Shown: positions 58,504 to 64,000 of the stretch, piece after piece
Numbering within the stretch: the stretch's first letter is position 1
How the letters are laid out: each line of letters begins with the position of its first letter
DNA from: Salpingoeca rosetta
Taxonomy: Eukaryota; Protista; Choanoflagellata
Assembly: GCA_033442325.1 (NCBI GenBank)
Contig: JAWQFM010000004.1
Coordinates: forward strand, 1,170,693-1,234,692
Length of the DNA: 64,000 nucleotides
Direction of reading: 5' to 3'
Position numbers and translations under genes: made by a program
Notes under the pieces: model-generated
What the model saw: only the letters and a program-made list of their open reading frames with translations
The model's database searches: none
Told to the model about the DNA's origin: nothing

Positions 58504-59991
58504 TTACATTTCAATGCCGTACGCCTCAAACCCGCGCGTGACAATGTTGAGTTGCACGTGCACCGTCCCCATGGTCTTGGTCTTCAGCTTGAACCGATCA
58601 ACCTGCGTGTGAACTGCACCGAACAAAGTGTGTGTGTGTGTGTGTGTTGCGGAGAGGGGGGAGGGGAGGGTTTGAGCGTTGATGTGTGTGTGTGTGTTGC
58701 GGAGAGGGGGGGGGGAGGGGAGGGTTTGAGCGTTGATGTGTGTGTGTGTGTGTGACGTGTGACGATGTATGAAAAAAGGGGGCGCAAGTGGTTTGTGAGA
58801 TGATGACAGGAACGCACACAGCGTGGTTAACAAGAGCAGTGTTCAGGGCCATCTCCTTGTGGTCACGAACCAGCATCGTCAGACTTCAACTGCAAACTTC
58901 CCCCAACAAGTGACTCTGCATTGGAGGGCGTGTTCGTGCGTGTGCATGCGTGTGCATGCGTGTGTGTGTGTGTGTGGTGAGGTGGGTGGGAGTATGTTAC
59001 TCAAAAGAGGTATTGCTGTCACGTGATACAAACAAGCAAGCATACGCGACACGCACACAATGCACACAATGCACACACACACACACAATGCACACAATGC
59101 ACACACACACACACACACACGCACAGACAGTACACGTACGATAGAAAGACTCGATGCCTGATGTACTTGGTTGACAACACGCGCATTCAAGGGTGTGACT
59201 GCCCGGTGACATGGGTATGTGACAAACGCCGTATCCATCTGCATGGCAGCATGGCCACGCGCAGCATGCGTGACACGAGTGAGCAGGTTTCAAGGTGAGA
59301 GGGAAGAACAGGGATGACCGCACAGACAAGACAGACGAAAGGACAGACAGAAAGAGAGACGGACGAACAGACAGAAAGAGAGACAGACGGACAGACAAAG
59401 AAACAGAGATAGAGAGAGACAGAGAGACACAGACACAGACAGACACACACACACGCACACACACACACAGACAGACACATGCACACGTACAAAGTTCGTT
59501 GCGGCCGAAGTCGTCTTGGTGGTACACCTTAAACCCGAGCTTGGGCCATCCTTGCATGCTTTGTACTGCAAAGTGCATGTCTGCACACACGCACACGGAG
59601 GCGATGGTGGCAACCAGAAAGGCGGGCGCAAGAGGGGCAGGAACGCGAAAGTGTGGGGTTCAGCAACAGCAGCAGATGAAACACAGCGAGAGAGAAAGAG
59701 AGAGAGAGAGAGAGTGTGTGTGTGTAAGACAGTCACACACAGTCACACAGAGACACGCACACACACAAACACACAGACAGATAGACAAACAGATACACCC
59801 AACTGACCTAGAGGGTGTGCCCATGTCACGTCGTGGTCTGGGGCGGGTGCGTCCACGTGTGTTCTGCCATCACCAGCGCCGCGCAAGAGCCGCCACCCAG
59901 CGCCATGAATGGCCTCCCACGTGCAGAACAGCGATCGCTGTGGAAACCCGCTCGCCCCTCGCACCTGCCCAAACACAAACACCTCCGCCAT
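58504..59991 (-). CDS. B9D2: Ciliary transition-zone B9 domain protein 2, 5 exons
   Basis: MAEVFVFGQVRGASGF..SLFCTW..WAHPLDMHF..QGWPKL..QDDFGRNEL.GYG..HIPMSPGSH..DRFKLKT..GTVHVQL..RGFEAYGIE. Confidence 0.93.
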
Positions 59992-59995
59992 TCCC

Positions 59996-60064
<69 letters not shown>

Positions 60065-60110
60065 TGAGCGTGTGGGAGGAAGGACAACAACAAACACAAA
60101 TCCACAAGCA

Positions 60111-60123
60111 GTTGCTTCGAAAC
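60111..60123 (-). promoter_or_regulatory. Candidate RFX X-box about 120 bp upstream of B9D2
   Basis: Minus-strand GTTTCG-A-AGCAAC is an imperfect palindrome with a perfect RGYAAC half-site, in front of a ciliary gene. Confidence 0.45.
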
Positions 60124-60217
60124 GGTTTTTCGCCACACAAGAAGAAGAAAGCAAGAAAGCAGGAAGAACAAGAAGCACGAACAGCAGCAGCAACAACACT
60201 GCACGAACACCAACACC

Positions 60218-62916
<2,699 letters not shown>

Positions 62917-63205
62917 CGCGCGTTTGCGCGCGTGTGTATGTTGTATGTGTGTGTGTGTCAGCGCGTCTCTGTACGTCTTCGAGTTTGTATACGTCTGTGT
63001 GCATTGTATGTACAACAAGACGCCGACAACACTGCATATTGTGCGTCTTCCTCTCATTTCACAAGCGCCGCTTCTGCACGCTCTTGCTTTGCTTGCTTGC
63101 TTTAATGGGTTTCATTTTTTTTGTTGTTCTTCGCTTTCTAGTTGACGCTTGCATAAACGACCACATTCAAGCGTATCTGTACGCACACGCACACCATGAA
63201 GTGAT

Positions 63206-63260
<55 letters not shown>

Positions 63261-63302
63261 CACACGCACACACACACACACACACACGCACACACGCACA
63301 CA

Positions 63303-63860
63303 TCAGAGGTCGTCTGGGAGGTCCTCCATGTCCATATCCGAGAACAGCGCCCGGTCAACATCAAGATCGCCTGCAAACAAAGCAACATGAGCATGTACAT
63401 GTGCGCGCGCGGGTGAGTGTTTGAGTGTGTGTGTGTGTGTGCATGTGAGTGTTTCTGCAGCTGAGCCGGGAAACGCTGGCACATCCGTGTGTGTCATAGG
63501 AACGGCCACTGCCAACAGGCACTACGCTTGCAACACAGGCAACAGCCATGGCGGACCTTCTTCCATGAACGATGAGTCTGAGGTCTGCATCTTCGTGTCT
63601 GTGAGGAACAGCTGCTTTCCTGCACGCGGGCACCATTCAGCGTGAGTGAGTGAGAGCAAGAATAGGTAGTGTGCAGCAAACACACGGTAGTTACACGCGA
63701 CACAGACGGGCACACACCACACAAATAACCTGTGAGCTTTGAAGATGATGCCTTTGCCTTTGCTGGGGCGCCCTTCTTCTTGGCCATTTCCTCCTGGAAT
63801 TGTGTCAGCCACGCCATAAACGACTCCTTTGTCACCGCCGTGCCGGCCGTCAGCCGCTCC
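63303..63860 (-). CDS. RWDD1: RWD domain protein 1 / Gir2 (DFRP2), 3' exons only; the gene continues beyond the window
   Basis: GTAVTKESFMAWLTQFQEEM...KLTGKQLFLTD...DVDRALF.D matches the DFRP_C motif. Confidence 0.85.
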
Positions 63861-64000
63861 TGAAAGAAACAACAAAAGGCAACGGCAACAGAAAACATGG
63901 TTTCAGCACAAACCTCACATTGAGCATGCCACGCCGAATGCAGTTGTTCAGAAGATCAGTGCGCTTGCATGTGCATGTGCACATGCACAGACACAGACAC

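Noticed and set aside
58628-58753. Duplicated ~55-bp G-rich unit in a B9D2 intron (possible G-quadruplex or MITE)
   Set aside because: A local tandem duplication between TG repeats, with no TIR or TSD.

Overview
This is eukaryotic, GC-rich, intron-rich DNA with (CA/TG)n microsatellites in most introns. Gene content and style suggest a choanoflagellate such as Salpingoeca rosetta (inference). Bases 1-12650 are a nested stack of two Ty1/copia LTR-retrotransposon families. Family A is inserted repeatedly into family B, including a full-length young copy at 4368-10027 with TSD CTGAG, and that B copy interrupts an antisense, 5'-truncated B copy. Bases 12833-64000 hold about 14 tightly packed, often head-to-head host genes: PANK4-type PanK-DUF89 fusion, WDR24, SREBP, WDR91, a RING/TRAF-Zn-finger gene, LRR1, a MORC-family gene, TMEM53/DUF829, COA3, CHMP2B, NDUFB3, B9D2, LCMT1 and the 3' end of RWDD1. 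The most striking finding is a MORC GHKL-S5-CW chromatin ATPase fused to a C-terminal pseudokinase and an unknown helical (possibly HEPN-like) domain, with a possible SPOC-like N-terminus and a dense SUMO-motif insert. Also notable are an intronless RING-TRAF-Zn-BAG-like putative Hsp70-coupled E3 ligase and a copia primer-binding site matching the anticodon arm of elongator rather than initiator tRNA-Met. All domain calls are by eye from remembered family motifs, no searches were run, and gene ends and exon boundaries are hand-derived.
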